Source: an uncultured Acidobacteriota bacterium (GTDB lineage: Bacteria > Actinomycetota > Acidimicrobiia > Spongiisociales > ZC4RG35). From it: a stretch of 64,000 nucleotides of DNA. The stretch covers positions 107,075-171,074 of the forward strand of contig CAWJLJ010000003.1 in NCBI GenBank assembly GCA_963843585.1. Reading direction: 5' to 3'. The first letter of the stretch is position 1; each line of letters opens with the position of its first letter. Below, one piece after another: positions 20,567 through 31,255 of the stretch. Below the pieces are notes generated by a model. The model was given only the letters and a program-made list of their open reading frames with translations, did not search any database and had not been told where the DNA came from. Both the position numbers and the translations under genes were made by a program.

Positions 20567-21436
20567 TTGATGAGAGAGCGCCTCGAACAATGGAGCGCCG
20601 GCATCCCGTTCAAGGTGAAGCTGGGCATGGTGTGGGGCGTGATCGCCCTGATCCTCGTCTTCCTGTTCTCGTTGGCCGACTTCGACGTGCAGTGGATGCT
20701 CGACCATCTCTGGTTCATCACCCAGGGTCTGCCCTGGACGATCATCATCTGCGGGCTGGCCATCATCCTCGCCGTCACCCTCGCCCTGTTCGGGGCACTG
20801 GGGCGTCTTTCCAACAGCGCCATCGCCCAGGGCGTAACCGGTTTCTACACATCCTTTTTTCGGGGCACGCCGCTGATCGTGCAGATGTTCCTCATCTTCC
20901 TCGCCCTACCCCAGCTGGCCCCGCCCAACCTCCCTGGTCTGCGTGATTCACTGACGCTCACCGCGCTCCAGGCCGGGGTCATCGCACTGGGTCTCAACTA
21001 TGGCGCCTACATGACGGAGATCTTCCGGGCCGGCATCCAGTCGGTGGGACATGGTCAGGTGGAGGCTGCCGAAGCCCTGGGCATGACCTATCGCCAGCGG
21101 ATGAGGCGGATCGTCCTCCCCCAGGCGATCCGGGTGATCATCCCCCCCACCGGCAACGAGTTCATCGCCATGCTCAAAGACTCGGCTCTGATCTCTCTCC
21201 TCGGTTCGGTGGTGGCCCAGATGGAGATCTTCCGACGCTCGCAGCTCGTGGGTAGGGCCGATTTCCGACCTCTGGAGGCCTTCGTCGTGGCTGCTGCCCT
21301 CTACTGGATCCTCACGACCATCTTCCAGTTCTTTCAGATGAGGTTGGAGCGGCGTATGTCGACTGGATACGTCCGCACCGCCATCAGGGTGACCACCCAG
21401 CCCGGCGTCGAGCTCGTGGAAAGTGAGCCGGTGTGA
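20567..21436 (+). CDS. polar amino-acid ABC transporter permease
   Basis: Intact 289 aa. The conserved loop reads EAAEALGMTYRQRMRRIVLPQAIRVIIPPTGNEF. Confidence 0.9.
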   Translation: MMRERLEQWSAGIPFKVKLGMVWGVIALILVFLFSLADFDVQWMLDHLWFITQGLPWTIIICGLAIILAVTLALFGALGRLSNSAIAQGVTGFYTSFFRGTPLIVQMFLIFLALPQLAPPNLPGLRDSLTLTALQAGVIALGLNYGAYMTEIFRAGIQSVGHGQVEAAEALGMTYRQRMRRIVLPQAIRVIIPPTGNEFIAMLKDSALISLLGSVVAQMEIFRRSQLVGRADFRPLEAFVVAAALYWILTTIFQFFQMRLERRMSTGYVRTAIRVTTQPGVELVESEPV

Positions 21437-22189
21437 CCAATCCGGTGGTCAGGGTGAGCCAACTCCGCAAGTCGTTCGGCGACCACGAGGTCCTCAAGGG
21501 TATCGACCTCGATGTCAGCCCGGGGAGAGGTGGTTGTCATCTTCGGGCGATCCGGGTCTGGGAAGAGCACCCTTCTCCGCTGCATCAATTTCCTCGAGGA
21601 ACCGACGTCGGGCACCATCGAAGTCGGAGGTGTCCGTCTCGAGCCCGGGTACCGGACTCATCGTCAGCGGGAGGCGATCCGGAGTGTGCGGATCAAGGCC
21701 GGGATGGTGTTCCAGGATTTCAATCTCTTCCCCCACCTGACCGTCCTCCAGAACATCATCGAGGCTCCGATCACGGTCAAGGGTCAGGACCGCGCCCACG
21801 CGGTCGAGGTTGCCGAAGAGCTCCTTGCCCAGGTCGGCCTGGCCGACAAGAAGGACGAGCACCCGATCCGGCTGTCCGGGGGCCAGAAACAGCGAGTCGC
21901 CATCGCCCGCGCCCTGGCCATGGAGCCAGAAGTGATGATGTTCGACGAGCCCACGTCGGCACTCGACCCGGAGTTGATCTCTGAGGTGCTCTCGGTGATG
22001 AAGAGCCTGGCCACCGAGACGCAGATGACGATGATGGTGGTCACTCACGAGATGGGCTTCGCCCGGGAGGTGGCCACCACGATGGCCTTCGTCCACGAAG
22101 GGAACATCGTCGAGAAGGGCCCTCCGACCTCAGTGATCACCGACCCCCAACACGTCCAGACCAAGCGGTTTTTGGAAGCGGTCCTCTAG
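21433..22189 (+). CDS. polar amino-acid ABC transporter ATP-binding protein, 1 frameshift
   Basis: [29 protein letters not shown].. then shifts to ORF 21512..22189 ([37 protein letters not shown]). Length is 3n+1, with the break near 21520. Confidence 0.85.
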
Positions 22190-24039
22190 CCGAGCAAGGC
22201 GACGACTCTCGATGCGACCGAGTCGGGGTCGAGGCCGACCGAATACGCGATGTCGGAGGGGGAGCCGAATGGGAGGAAATGGTCGGGGATGCCGATGCAG
22301 GTGATCTCCTTGACCTGCCCCGCCTCGGCGAATGCCTCCATCACTGCGGCGCCAAATCCCCCGGCGACGACGTTGTCCTCGACAGTGACCACGTGGCGGG
22401 CCGGCGCTGCCCATTCGAGGATTCGGGGATCGAGTGGCTTGACCCATCTCGCGTTGACCACACCGACGGAGAACCCCTTGGTCCTGATGTCGACGGCAGC
22501 CTTCTCGGCGATCTCCACCATCCGGCCCACCGCCACCAAGAGCACATCGGTCCCCTCGGAGAGGAGTTGCGCCTCGCCGATCGGCAAAGCCGCGACCGGG
22601 ACCGCCGGCACCGATACCGCAGCCCCTTTCGGGTAGCGGATGGCGATTGGGCCGTCGTGGTCCACCGCGGTTTCGATCATGGCGCACAGTTCGGTGGCGT
22701 CGGCGGGTGCGCCCACCACCATGTTGGGGATGAGACGCAAATACGACAGGTCGAACACGCCGTGATGGGAGGGGCCGTCGGGGCCGGTGATTCCGGATCG
22801 ATCGACCAGGAAGGTCACCGGAAGGTCGTGGAGAGCGACATCGGCGATGATCTGATCGAAGGCGCGCTGCAGGAAGGCCGAGTAGACGGCCACCACCGGC
22901 CGCTTGCCGGCCATTGCCATGCCCGCGGCGAGCGTGACCGCATGCTGCTCCGATATCCCGGTGTCGAAAACCCGGTCGGGGAACCGCTGCCACATCTGCA
23001 TCAGCCCGGCGGTGGTGACCATCGCCGCCGAGATCCCGACGAGATCGGGCCTGGTGGCGGCGGCCTCGGCTACGGCGTTCCCGGCGACGTCGGTGAGCCT
23101 GAGCTCCTCCTTGATCGCCTTGCCGGTCGCAAGGTCGAATGAGCCCACACCGTGCAGCTTCTCCAGCTCGTCCTCGATTGCCGGCTGGTACCCGTTCCCC
23201 TTCTCGGTGACCACATGGATCACGACCGGTCGGTCAAACTCCTTGGCGACGCGGAACGTCTCCTCGAGCAACTCGATGTCATGCCCGTCGATCTGTCCCG
23301 TGTATTTGAGATCGAGTGCGTCGAAGACGGTGAAGGGCTCCAGGATCTGCTTCACCGCGTCCTTGAGTCGTCCGGCCAGCTCATCGGCGGTCTCCCCGAC
23401 CAGTGGGAGGCCCCTCAGCATCCGGCCCAAGGTTCGCTTCGTCTTCTCGTATCGGGGGTCGATGCGGTAATGGGCCAGGCTGGCGAGGGCAGCGAGGCCG
23501 CCCACCGTGGGGGCGTAGGACCGACCGTTGTCGTTGACCACGATGATCAAGCGCTTCGGCTGGGTCACAGCGATGTGGTTCAGCGCCTCGTAGGCCATCC
23601 CCCCGGTAAGCGCCCCGTCCCCGATGATGGCGACGGTGTAACCGGGGTAGCCGGCGAGTGCATGGCCGAGCGCGTAGGAGAGAGATGTCGACGCGTGGCT
23701 GTTCTCGACGAAATCGTGATCGGACTCCTCGCGACTCGGATAGCCGGACAGCCCGCCGGTGTGACGGAGCTGGTCGAAGCCAGCCATCCGACCGGTGACG
23801 AGTTTGTGCACGTAGGCCTGGTGCCCCACGTCCCAGATGAATCGGTCGGTTGGCGAGTCGAACACGCGGTGCAGGGCAAGGGTCAGCTCGACGACACCGA
23901 GATTGGGGGACAGATGCCCGCCACTCTTGGACACCTTGTCCAGGATGAATGTGCGGATCTCCTCGGTGAGGGCGTCCAGCTCTTCCTTGCTGAGCCCACG
24001 CAGGTCAGCTGGGCTCGAGATTGATTCGAGAATCGCCAT
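22186..24039 (-). CDS. dxs: 1-deoxy-D-xylulose-5-phosphate synthase
   Basis: Intact 617 aa. Starts [17 protein letters not shown], and contains [29 protein letters not shown] and a transketolase-like C-terminus. Confidence 0.95.
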   Translation of the reverse strand: MAILESISSPADLRGLSKEELDALTEEIRTFILDKVSKSGGHLSPNLGVVELTLALHRVFDSPTDRFIWDVGHQAYVHKLVTGRMAGFDQLRHTGGLSGYPSREESDHDFVENSHASTSLSYALGHALAGYPGYTVAIIGDGALTGGMAYEALNHIAVTQPKRLIIVVNDNGRSYAPTVGGLAALASLAHYRIDPRYEKTKRTLGRMLRGLPLVGETADELAGRLKDAVKQILEPFTVFDALDLKYTGQIDGHDIELLEETFRVAKEFDRPVVIHVVTEKGNGYQPAIEDELEKLHGVGSFDLATGKAIKEELRLTDVAGNAVAEAAATRPDLVGISAAMVTTAGLMQMWQRFPDRVFDTGISEQHAVTLAAGMAMAGKRPVVAVYSAFLQRAFDQIIADVALHDLPVTFLVDRSGITGPDGPSHHGVFDLSYLRLIPNMVVGAPADATELCAMIETAVDHDGPIAIRYPKGAAVSVPAVPVAALPIGEAQLLSEGTDVLLVAVGRMVEIAEKAAVDIRTKGFSVGVVNARWVKPLDPRILEWAAPARHVVTVEDNVVAGGFGAAVMEAFAEAGQVKEITCIGIPDHFLPFGSPSDIAYSVGLDPDSVASRVVALLG

Positions 24040-24052
24040 GGTTGGAACCGGT

Positions 24053-25791
24053 TCAGGCTAGTTGGATCCAGGGGTTTGGAGCATCGGCAGAATGCACGGT
24101 GAAAGTGGAGCCGGCGCCCAACTCGCTCTCGACCGAGACACTCCCGCCATGACTCTCGACGACGTGCTTGACGATGGCCAGTCCAAGACCCGTGCCCCCG
24201 GTGGCTCGGGCCCGTGCGTTGTCGACCCGATAGAAGCGCTCGAAGACACGCTCCAGGTCACGGGTGGGAATGCCTTCGCCGCTGTCGCTCACCCGGAGCA
24301 CAGCGTCATTCCCGACCACCTCCAACCGGGTCTCGATCGACCCCCCGGCAGGCGTGTACCTGATCGCGTTGTCGAGCAGATTGCGGACTGCGATGGCCAC
24401 ATCACGCCTGCTCCCCGCCACCTGGACCGGCGCTACATCGAGAGTGAGGTCGATTCCGTGCTCGTCTGCGACGGGGCGGACCCGTTCCAACTCCTCCTGA
24501 ACGAGGTGATCGAGGCTCAACGGGTCCAACTCGGGCTCATCGCGCTCCAATCTCGATAGATCGAGGAGATCGGCGACGAGACGATCGAGCTGGCGCGCCG
24601 AGCCCTCGATCTGGCGGGCGAAGCCAAGGGACGAGTCGTCGCCTCGCTCGACCGCCAGCTGCAATGCCTCTGAGGAGGCGATGATGGCCGACACAGGGGT
24701 CTTCAACTCATGGGAGGCGTTGGCCACGAAGTCACGACGGACCGACGCCGCCCGCTCCCGCTCGGTGACATCGACCACAACCAGCAAGATGCGTTTGTCA
24801 TCTGCGAAAGGAGTCGCGATCCCACGAAGCTGGCGCACCGGCTTCCCGTGCTCGACGATGACACGTCGTCGGCGAGCCGATCTCCCTCGCCTCGAGCAGC
24901 ACGTCCTGGAAGGAGAACGGGACGAGACCGGACAAGGTCTCGGGGATGCCGCCGAGGAGGGCGTGGGCAGATGGATTGGCGTATACGACCGAGTCGTCCT
25001 CGTCGAAGAGGATGGTCCCCTGCGGCATAGCGCCGAGGACCACCTCCAGGGTGGAGGATGCCCGTTCCGTCTCCAGCAACCGGGACCGGTTGGTCTCGTC
25101 GAGAACGGCGACAGCAGTCGCCAGTTGATCGATCTCGCGCACACTCGATCGGGTCAGCTTGGGCTCGACCCGTTCCTCGGCCAGGGCCTTGGTCTGTTCG
25201 GTCAACTCGACTATCGGCTGGGACATGCGGCGGGCCAGCCAGGCGGCGACGGCGAGTCCGATCAGTCCCACGATTATGGAGACGAGGATCACCGAGCTCC
25301 TATAGGGCCATGTCTCCGCAGCGACGACGCTGGTAGAAGCCGAGAGCCGAAGGATGGAGCCCCTCGTCAGCGGGAATGGCGACGTAGAGCTGGTCGAACC
25401 CGGTGGTGTCGCTGTCCCTTGCGTCCCTTCCCGTGTCACCGGCGATCGCCGAGGCGACCTCGGGCCGATCGGCGTGGTTGTCCATCGTTGCCGGATCCGA
25501 ATGAGAGTCGGCGAGCACGACGCCGTCCTGTCCGATGACGGTGTACCGGTAACCGCTCACCTCGGCCATCGAGTCAGCCCACGTCTGGAGCTCGGCGTTG
25601 TCGGTGGGCATCCCTTCTGCCGAGATCCGAGCCGCCGACTCGACCTGGTCGAACAGCCCTTCGGTGAAGGCGGCCTCCACCGAGCGGGAGAGGAACCAGC
25701 CCATGGCCACGATCAGAACCAGGTAGAGGAGGGCGAAGGAGAGGACGAATCGAAGAGCGAGCGGGGTCCTCCCAGGCGGTCTACTGCTCAT
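24053..25791 (-). CDS. phosphate-regulon-type sensor histidine kinase (PhoR/SenX3-like), 2 frameshifts
   Basis: Three pieces in ORFs 25300..25791 (TM plus sensor), 24798..25439 (TM/HAMP/PAS-like) and 24053..25144. The last carries the H-box FVANASHELKTPVSAI, the N-box LLDNAIRYTP and the G-box GTGLGLAIVKH. Confidence 0.8.
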
Positions 25792-26497
25792 CGACGAACT
25801 TGTAGCCGAGGCCCCGCACGGTCACGATCAGACTCGGGTGTGACGGGTCTGACTCCAGCTTCTGCCGGAGACGCTTGATGTGGACGTCGAGGGTCTTGGT
25901 GTCACCGAAGTAGCTCGGGCCCCATACCTCGTCGATCAGAGTGTGACGAGCCGCAAGCCGATTCCTCCGGCGCATCAGTGACTCGAGCAACTCGAACTCC
26001 TTGGGTCGGAGGTCGACCGGGTCACCGCCGAGACGGGCCTGATGAGCATCGATGTCGAGCTCGATTGGGCCTCCGCGGAGCACCTCGTTCGACTCGGCCA
26101 GCACACCACTCTTCGTCGCCCTCCGCAATTGCGCTCTGATCCGGGCCACCAGTTCTCGCATCGAGAACGGCTTTGTCATGTAGTCGTCGGCACCGAGCTC
26201 GAGGCCGGCCACCTTGTCCGACTCGGCGTCCTTGGCGGTGAGCATGATGATGGGGACGTCGGAGGACAGCCGGATCTGCCGACATACGTCCAGACCGGAC
26301 ATGCCGGGCAGCATGAGGTCGAGGAGAACGAGGTCGGGTTGGTTGACCCGAGCAGACTCCAAACCTCCGACGCCGGAGTCCGCTACCAGGACGTCGAATC
26401 CTTCGATGTCGAGGGCGTATCGAACCGACTCGGCGAGACCCGGCTCGTCTTCTACGACAAGGACGCGATGCCTTCGGCGCTCATCCGTCCGGGTCAT
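25781..26497 (-). CDS. OmpR-family response regulator (RegX3/PhoP-like)
   Basis: Intact 238 aa. Motifs VLVVEDE, LVLLDLMLPGMSG and GADDYMTKPF, plus a winged-helix C-terminus ending LGYKFV. Confidence 0.9.
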   Translation of the reverse strand: MTRTDERRRHRVLVVEDEPGLAESVRYALDIEGFDVLVADSGVGGLESARVNQPDLVLLDLMLPGMSGLDVCRQIRLSSDVPIIMLTAKDAESDKVAGLELGADDYMTKPFSMRELVARIRAQLRRATKSGVLAESNEVLRGGPIELDIDAHQARLGGDPVDLRPKEFELLESLMRRRNRLAARHTLIDEVWGPSYFGDTKTLDVHIKRLRQKLESDPSHPSLIVTVRGLGYKFVDEQ

Positions 26498-27188
26498 CGA
26501 CCGACTTGTCCAGGCCCGATTCGACGAACTCGGCTCGTTTGCCCGTGATCAGGTAGGCCGTCTGCTCGGCGAAGTCCACCGCCTGGTCCCCGACTCGCTC
26601 CAGGGCCCGGGACGCCATCATCATTTTCGTGGCCCACTCCAGCATCTGCGGGTCTGCGGCAACAGCCACGATCTCTTTGAACATGTTGGCGTTGAGCCGG
26701 TCGACCGGTTGGTCCATGGCGGGTAGGAGCCGTGCTTCGTCCAGGTCCTGACGCAGATATGCCTCGATCGAGGTCCGGATCATCGGCCGCACCAGGTCGC
26801 CCATCTCCTGGATCTGGTCGCAGATGCGCTCCACCCGGGGCAAGCCTTCGTTCTGCTGGGTCACACGAGCGATGTTCACGCACTGGTCGCCCATGCGCTC
26901 GAAGGTTGCGTTGAGCTGAAGAAGGACGCTCATCTTCCTCAGATCGGAGCCGAGTGGCTGAAATCGGGCCATCAAGGTCGTCCAAAGCTGGTGGACCTCG
27001 AAATACGTCTTGTCGATGTCTTCGTCGATGGCGACCACACGATCGGCCAGCTCGAGATTTCCGGTTGTCACCGAGTCCACGGCCATCTCGACCATGTGCT
27101 CGGCGCGGTCGACCATGCCGAGGACGGTGTGCTCCAGGGCCTCCAGCTCTTGGTGGAAATGAAGATTGGTGTCTGGTGCGCTGGTCAT
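26481..27188 (-). CDS. phoU: phosphate signalling complex protein PhoU
   Basis: ATG 27188 is in an ATGA overlap with the pstB stop. Two PhoU repeats are present ([24 protein letters not shown]). Confidence 0.9.
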   Translation of the reverse strand: MTSAPDTNLHFHQELEALEHTVLGMVDRAEHMVEMAVDSVTTGNLELADRVVAIDEDIDKTYFEVHQLWTTLMARFQPLGSDLRKMSVLLQLNATFERMGDQCVNIARVTQQNEGLPRVERICDQIQEMGDLVRPMIRTSIEAYLRQDLDEARLLPAMDQPVDRLNANMFKEIVAVAADPQMLEWATKMMMASRALERVGDQAVDFAEQTAYLITGKRAEFVESGLDKSVDDPDG

Positions 27189-28093
27189 CCGAATCGTCCC
27201 GTGATGTAATCCTCGGTCTGTTTCTGGACAGGAGCCGTGAAGATCTGCTCGGTCTGGCTGAATTCTACGAGGTAGCCAGTTCGCTGACCCTCGTCGTCGA
27301 CATTGACCGAGAAGAAGGCGGTCTGATCCGACACCCGGGCTGCCTGCTGCATGTTGTGGGTGACGATCACGATGGTGTAGTCCTTCTTCAGGTCGAGCAT
27401 CAGCTCTTCGATCTTCAGTGTGGCGATGGGATCGAGAGCCGAGCAGGGCTCGTCCATCAGCACGACGTCGGGGCTCGTGGCGATGGCGCGGGCGATGCAG
27501 AGACGTTGCTGCTGGCCGCCCGAGAGGGCCATACCCGATTCCTTGAGTTTGTCCTTGACCTCGTCCCACAGGGCGGCCTTGATCAGGGACTCTTCCACCA
27601 GATCGTCGTAGTTGCCCTTGAAGCCGGCGATCTTCGGCCCGTAGACGATGTTCTCATAGATGCTCTTCGGAAAAGGGTTCGGCTTCTGGAACACCATGCC
27701 GATCCTGCGCCGGACCTCGACGGGGTCCACCTTCTCGCCGTATAGATCGACACCGTGATAGTCGACCCGACCCTCGACCCGGGCGGACTCGATCAGGTCG
27801 TTCATCCGGTTGAAGCAGCGGAGCACGGTCGATTTGCCGCACCCGGATGGGCCGATGAGGGCGGTGATGTGGTTCTGGTGGATGCGCATGTCCACGTCGC
27901 GCACCGCCCGAAACGATCCGTAATAGACGGTCAGCCCGTGCAACTCGAAAATCGGAGTCCGATCCTCGAGTGCTTGATCCGAAGCCGATTCCACCGCGGA
28001 GCCGTGATCGGTGAGGGCCACCTCGATTGGCAGCTCCTGCTTCCGGCTGGTCTCGGCTTGTGTCGTCATCGGCTCGCCTTCCTGGTCGATCAT
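27185..28093 (-). CDS. pstB: phosphate ABC transporter ATP-binding protein PstB
   Basis: Intact. Motifs [34 protein letters not shown] and a C-terminal EDYITGRFG. Confidence 0.95.
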   Translation of the reverse strand: MIDQEGEPMTTQAETSRKQELPIEVALTDHGSAVESASDQALEDRTPIFELHGLTVYYGSFRAVRDVDMRIHQNHITALIGPSGCGKSTVLRCFNRMNDLIESARVEGRVDYHGVDLYGEKVDPVEVRRRIGMVFQKPNPFPKSIYENIVYGPKIAGFKGNYDDLVEESLIKAALWDEVKDKLKESGMALSGGQQQRLCIARAIATSPDVVLMDEPCSALDPIATLKIEELMLDLKKDYTIVIVTHNMQQAARVSDQTAFFSVNVDDEGQRTGYLVEFSQTEQIFTAPVQKQTEDYITGRFG

Positions 28094-29055
28094 TTATATC
28101 TCTGCTCATAGCGGTCGCGGACCAGGACGGCCGCGGCGTTCACCGTCAACAGCATCACCAACAGCACGACGATGGCTGCTGCGGTCAGGGACACGAATTC
28201 GGCCTGGGGTTGACGGGCGAAGTTGAACACGATGATGGGGAGCGCCGTGTAGGGCTGGGTCGTGATGAGGTCGGCGAACGACGCTTCGCTAGAGACGCTG
28301 AAGAACAGTGACAACTGGGCGCCGGCGAGCAGCAGGGGGGCGGATTCACCAAAGGCGCGGGCGATGGTGAGCACCGTTCCGGTGAGGATGGCAGGGATCG
28401 CAACCGGCAAGACTTGATGCTTGATCGTCTCCCAGCGGGTCGCCCCTACTGCCATCGAGGCCTCCCGGAGTGCCCCCGGCACGGCCCGCAGAGCCTCGGA
28501 GGTGGTGATGATCATTATCGGTAGTACCAGGACGGCGAGGGTGAGCCCGCCGGCGATCACGTTGCGCCCGCCAATGCCGCCCTCGGCACCGAAGACACCT
28601 CGCATCAGGATCTCGACGAAGAGGAACAACCCGAGGATGCCGTAGACGATCGAAGGCACTCCGGCCAGATTGCGGATGTTGGCGTTTATGAACCTGGTGA
28701 ACCGGTTGTCCGACGCGTACTCCTCCAGATAGATGGCGGCCGCCACACCCAACGGGAAGGCAACGGCGATCACGAACGCGGTCAGGGCCAGCGACCCCAT
28801 GATCCCTTGCCAGATTCCCGCAGATGCGGCGGTCGGGGACAGGCTGGCGGTGACGAAGCCGAGACCCCGGGAGGCGAAGACAGGGAGAGCGGCTGCGATC
28901 GTGTCCGCAAGGAGCGTGATGAGGATCACCACTGACGAGAGCAGAGTGAAAAGCATGGTGAAAGCCACCAGCGCGTTTATCGGGCTGAAGCGACGTCCCT
29001 CGATCGAGTGGCGGACTATGTCGGTCGGAGTCAGGGCTGGGGTGACAACCGCCAT
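28090..29055 (-). CDS. pstA: phosphate ABC transporter permease PstA
   Basis: Intact, starting at MAVVTPAL. The conserved loop reads [30 protein letters not shown]. Confidence 0.9.
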   Translation of the reverse strand: MAVVTPALTPTDIVRHSIEGRRFSPINALVAFTMLFTLLSSVVILITLLADTIAAALPVFASRGLGFVTASLSPTAASAGIWQGIMGSLALTAFVIAVAFPLGVAAAIYLEEYASDNRFTRFINANIRNLAGVPSIVYGILGLFLFVEILMRGVFGAEGGIGGRNVIAGGLTLAVLVLPIMIITTSEALRAVPGALREASMAVGATRWETIKHQVLPVAIPAILTGTVLTIARAFGESAPLLLAGAQLSLFFSVSSEASFADLITTQPYTALPIIVFNFARQPQAEFVSLTAAAIVVLLVMLLTVNAAAVLVRDRYEQRYK

Positions 29056-29056
29056 C

Positions 29057-29986
29057 TCAGTACCTCTGCCTGTAGCGGCGCACGATCCGGCCACTGACCA
29101 CATTGAGCCCCAGGGTCAAGACGAAGAGGACGAGGCCGACGAAGAACAGCGACTGGAACGCGGCTACGTCACCTGCCACCTGATCGGAACCGACAGCCAG
29201 GTTGGCGATGGCGCCGGTCATGGTCAGACCACCCTCGGTGGGGTTGAAAGTCATGATCCCGTTCAGCCCGGCTGCCAGGGCCACGACCATGGTCTCGCCT
29301 ACCGCCCTGGCGATGCCGAGGATGAGCGCGGCGATGATGCCCGAGATCGCAGCAGGGAAGACGACGCGCAACGCGGTGTGCCATTGTTTTGCCCCCAATC
29401 CGTAGGAAGCCTCCCGCAGAGAGCCGGGCACGGCCCTCATCGCATCCTCCGATACCGACGCCACGAGCGGGATGGTGAGTATCCCGACTGCGATGCCGGC
29501 CGCCAGGAAGTTGGCGCTCTGAGCGCCAGGGAACAGTCCGCGCACGATGTTCGGAGTGATGAACTGAAGCGCGAAGAAGCCAAGTACGACCGAAGGAATT
29601 CCGGCCAGGATCTCGAGCGTCGGCTTGAGGACCCGTCGCACTCCTGAGCGGGCATATTCAGAGAGATAGATGGCGGAGCCGAGGCCAAAGGGCGCTGCGA
29701 CCATCATCGCGATCCCGGTGATCATCAGCGTGTGAACGAACAGCGCCATGAGATCGAATCTGCCCCGTCGTGGGAACCAACCGTTTCCCCAGAGCTGACC
29801 GAGCTCGATGGAAGTGAGAAAGGCCCATGCCTTCCCGATCAGAGCGAGAACGATGGCGATCGAGATCAGGATCGAAATCGCCGCCGCGCCGAAGAACACC
29901 GCCTTCACGATGGCCTCACGCCGGCGCCGGCGCACGTCACCGGTCAGATCGATCGTTGTTTCCCGCTGTTGCTCGACTATGGCCAT
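29057..29986 (-). CDS. pstC: phosphate ABC transporter permease PstC
   Basis: Intact, starting at MAIVEQQ. The conserved loop reads REASYGLGAKQWHTALRVVFPAAISGI. Confidence 0.9.
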   Translation of the reverse strand: MAIVEQQRETTIDLTGDVRRRRREAIVKAVFFGAAAISILISIAIVLALIGKAWAFLTSIELGQLWGNGWFPRRGRFDLMALFVHTLMITGIAMMVAAPFGLGSAIYLSEYARSGVRRVLKPTLEILAGIPSVVLGFFALQFITPNIVRGLFPGAQSANFLAAGIAVGILTIPLVASVSEDAMRAVPGSLREASYGLGAKQWHTALRVVFPAAISGIIAALILGIARAVGETMVVALAAGLNGIMTFNPTEGGLTMTGAIANLAVGSDQVAGDVAAFQSLFFVGLVLFVLTLGLNVVSGRIVRRYRQRY

Positions 29987-30047
29987 ACGTCGTCGGATGA
30001 AGGTTAGGACCCGGGGCCGGGCTCGCACCCGGCCCCGGATCGTGTCA

Positions 30048-31130
30048 TCAACCCTTGGCGGTGTCCCACGCCGCCCTCGTCGCTTCGATGTCTTCCGCCG
30101 GCAACTGGACGTATCCGGCGTCGGAAACGAATGCCAGTCCCTCGTCGGAAAGGTAGAAGTCCACGAAAGCGGTGAGGTCAGCGCGGCTTCCCAGGTCATT
30201 GGTCTTCACGTAGATGAACAAGGGTCTGGAGAGCGGGTACTCGAAGCTGGCGATCGTGTCTGCCGACGGAGCGACACAGCCGGACTCGCCGCTGTCGACC
30301 TCGATGGCCTTCAGCACGTCCTGGTTTTCCTCGAAGAAGGCGAAGCCGACCCATCCCAATGATGTCGGGTTCTCAGTGATTCCCTGGACGATCACATTGT
30401 CATTGGCGGACGCGTTGTAGTCGGCCCTCGTGAAGTCGTTGTCCTCGCCTAGACGCTCCTCGGAGATGTCGGCGATCACCAACTCGACGAAGGTGTCGTA
30501 GGTGCCCGATTCCTCGCCAGGTGCCGTGATGACCAGTGGCTCCTCGGCATAGGGGGCGTTCGGTGCCCCCAACTCGGCGGCCAGCTCATTGGCATCCGAC
30601 CAGTTGGCGAACCCCTCCGACTCCGGGCCGAGCAAGGCGTAGAGGTCGGTGAAAGCGAGGCAGCGTCACGGCCTCGTTTTCGGGGCTGGTGAGAACCGTC
30701 AACCCGTCGGTGGCGATGTGCAGTTCGACGTATTCGATTCCTGATGCTTCACAGGCGGCGATCTCCTCTTCGGAGATGGGACGAGAGGCGTCGGAGATAT
30801 CTGTCTCGCCGGCGCAGAATCTGGCGAAACCATCGCCGGTCCCGGGCCCCTCGACTGAGGTGGCCACGCCGGGGTTGGCACCATCGAAGGCCTCACCGAC
30901 CCTCGCGGTGATTGGCTCGACCGTGGACGACCCGGATACGACAATGCTTCCTGAGGCCTCACCGCCGCTACCGCCATCGGCGAGTCGCTGGCTCTCGTGC
31001 CGCGTGGCTCGGTGTCTCTGTGGCCAGTGCAGCTCGATGGCATCACCGGATCCATCGCCACCACAAGCGGCGAGGACGAGGGTCACGGCCCCAAGGTCAG
31101 ACCCAATAGGCGGGTGGTTCGGGATTTCAT
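30048..31130 (-). CDS. pstS: phosphate ABC transporter substrate-binding lipoprotein PstS, compensated pair of frameshifts
   Basis: MKSRTTRLLGLTLG.. (lipobox LAAC) and the C-terminal 195 aa (ORF 30048..30635) share a frame. The conserved core (SGSSTVEPI, GPGTGDGFARFCAGETDISDASRPI) between about 31075 and 30660 is in another frame. A stop follows LGP in the start frame. Confidence 0.8.
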
Positions 31131-31195
31131 CCCTTTGTGCTCCTTGTTCGGGAACGTTCCCCATTCCGAGGCCGCGGGACAACCCCACCGCCCAA

Positions 31196-31254
31196 GGTGA
31201 ACGTATGGGGCGTCGTTTACCGGGCGTTTGCTTGCAGATGAACGAGCGATGAAC
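31196..31254 (-). promoter_or_regulatory. candidate PHO boxes (direct repeat units) upstream of pstS
   Basis: On the minus strand, GTTCATC (31254-31248) and GTTCATC (31243-31237) have centres exactly 11 nt apart. GTTCACC lies at 31202-31196. They sit 66-124 nt upstream of the pstS ATG and resemble the Streptomyces PhoP repeat unit GTTCACC. Confidence 0.45.
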
Positions 31255-31255
31255 G

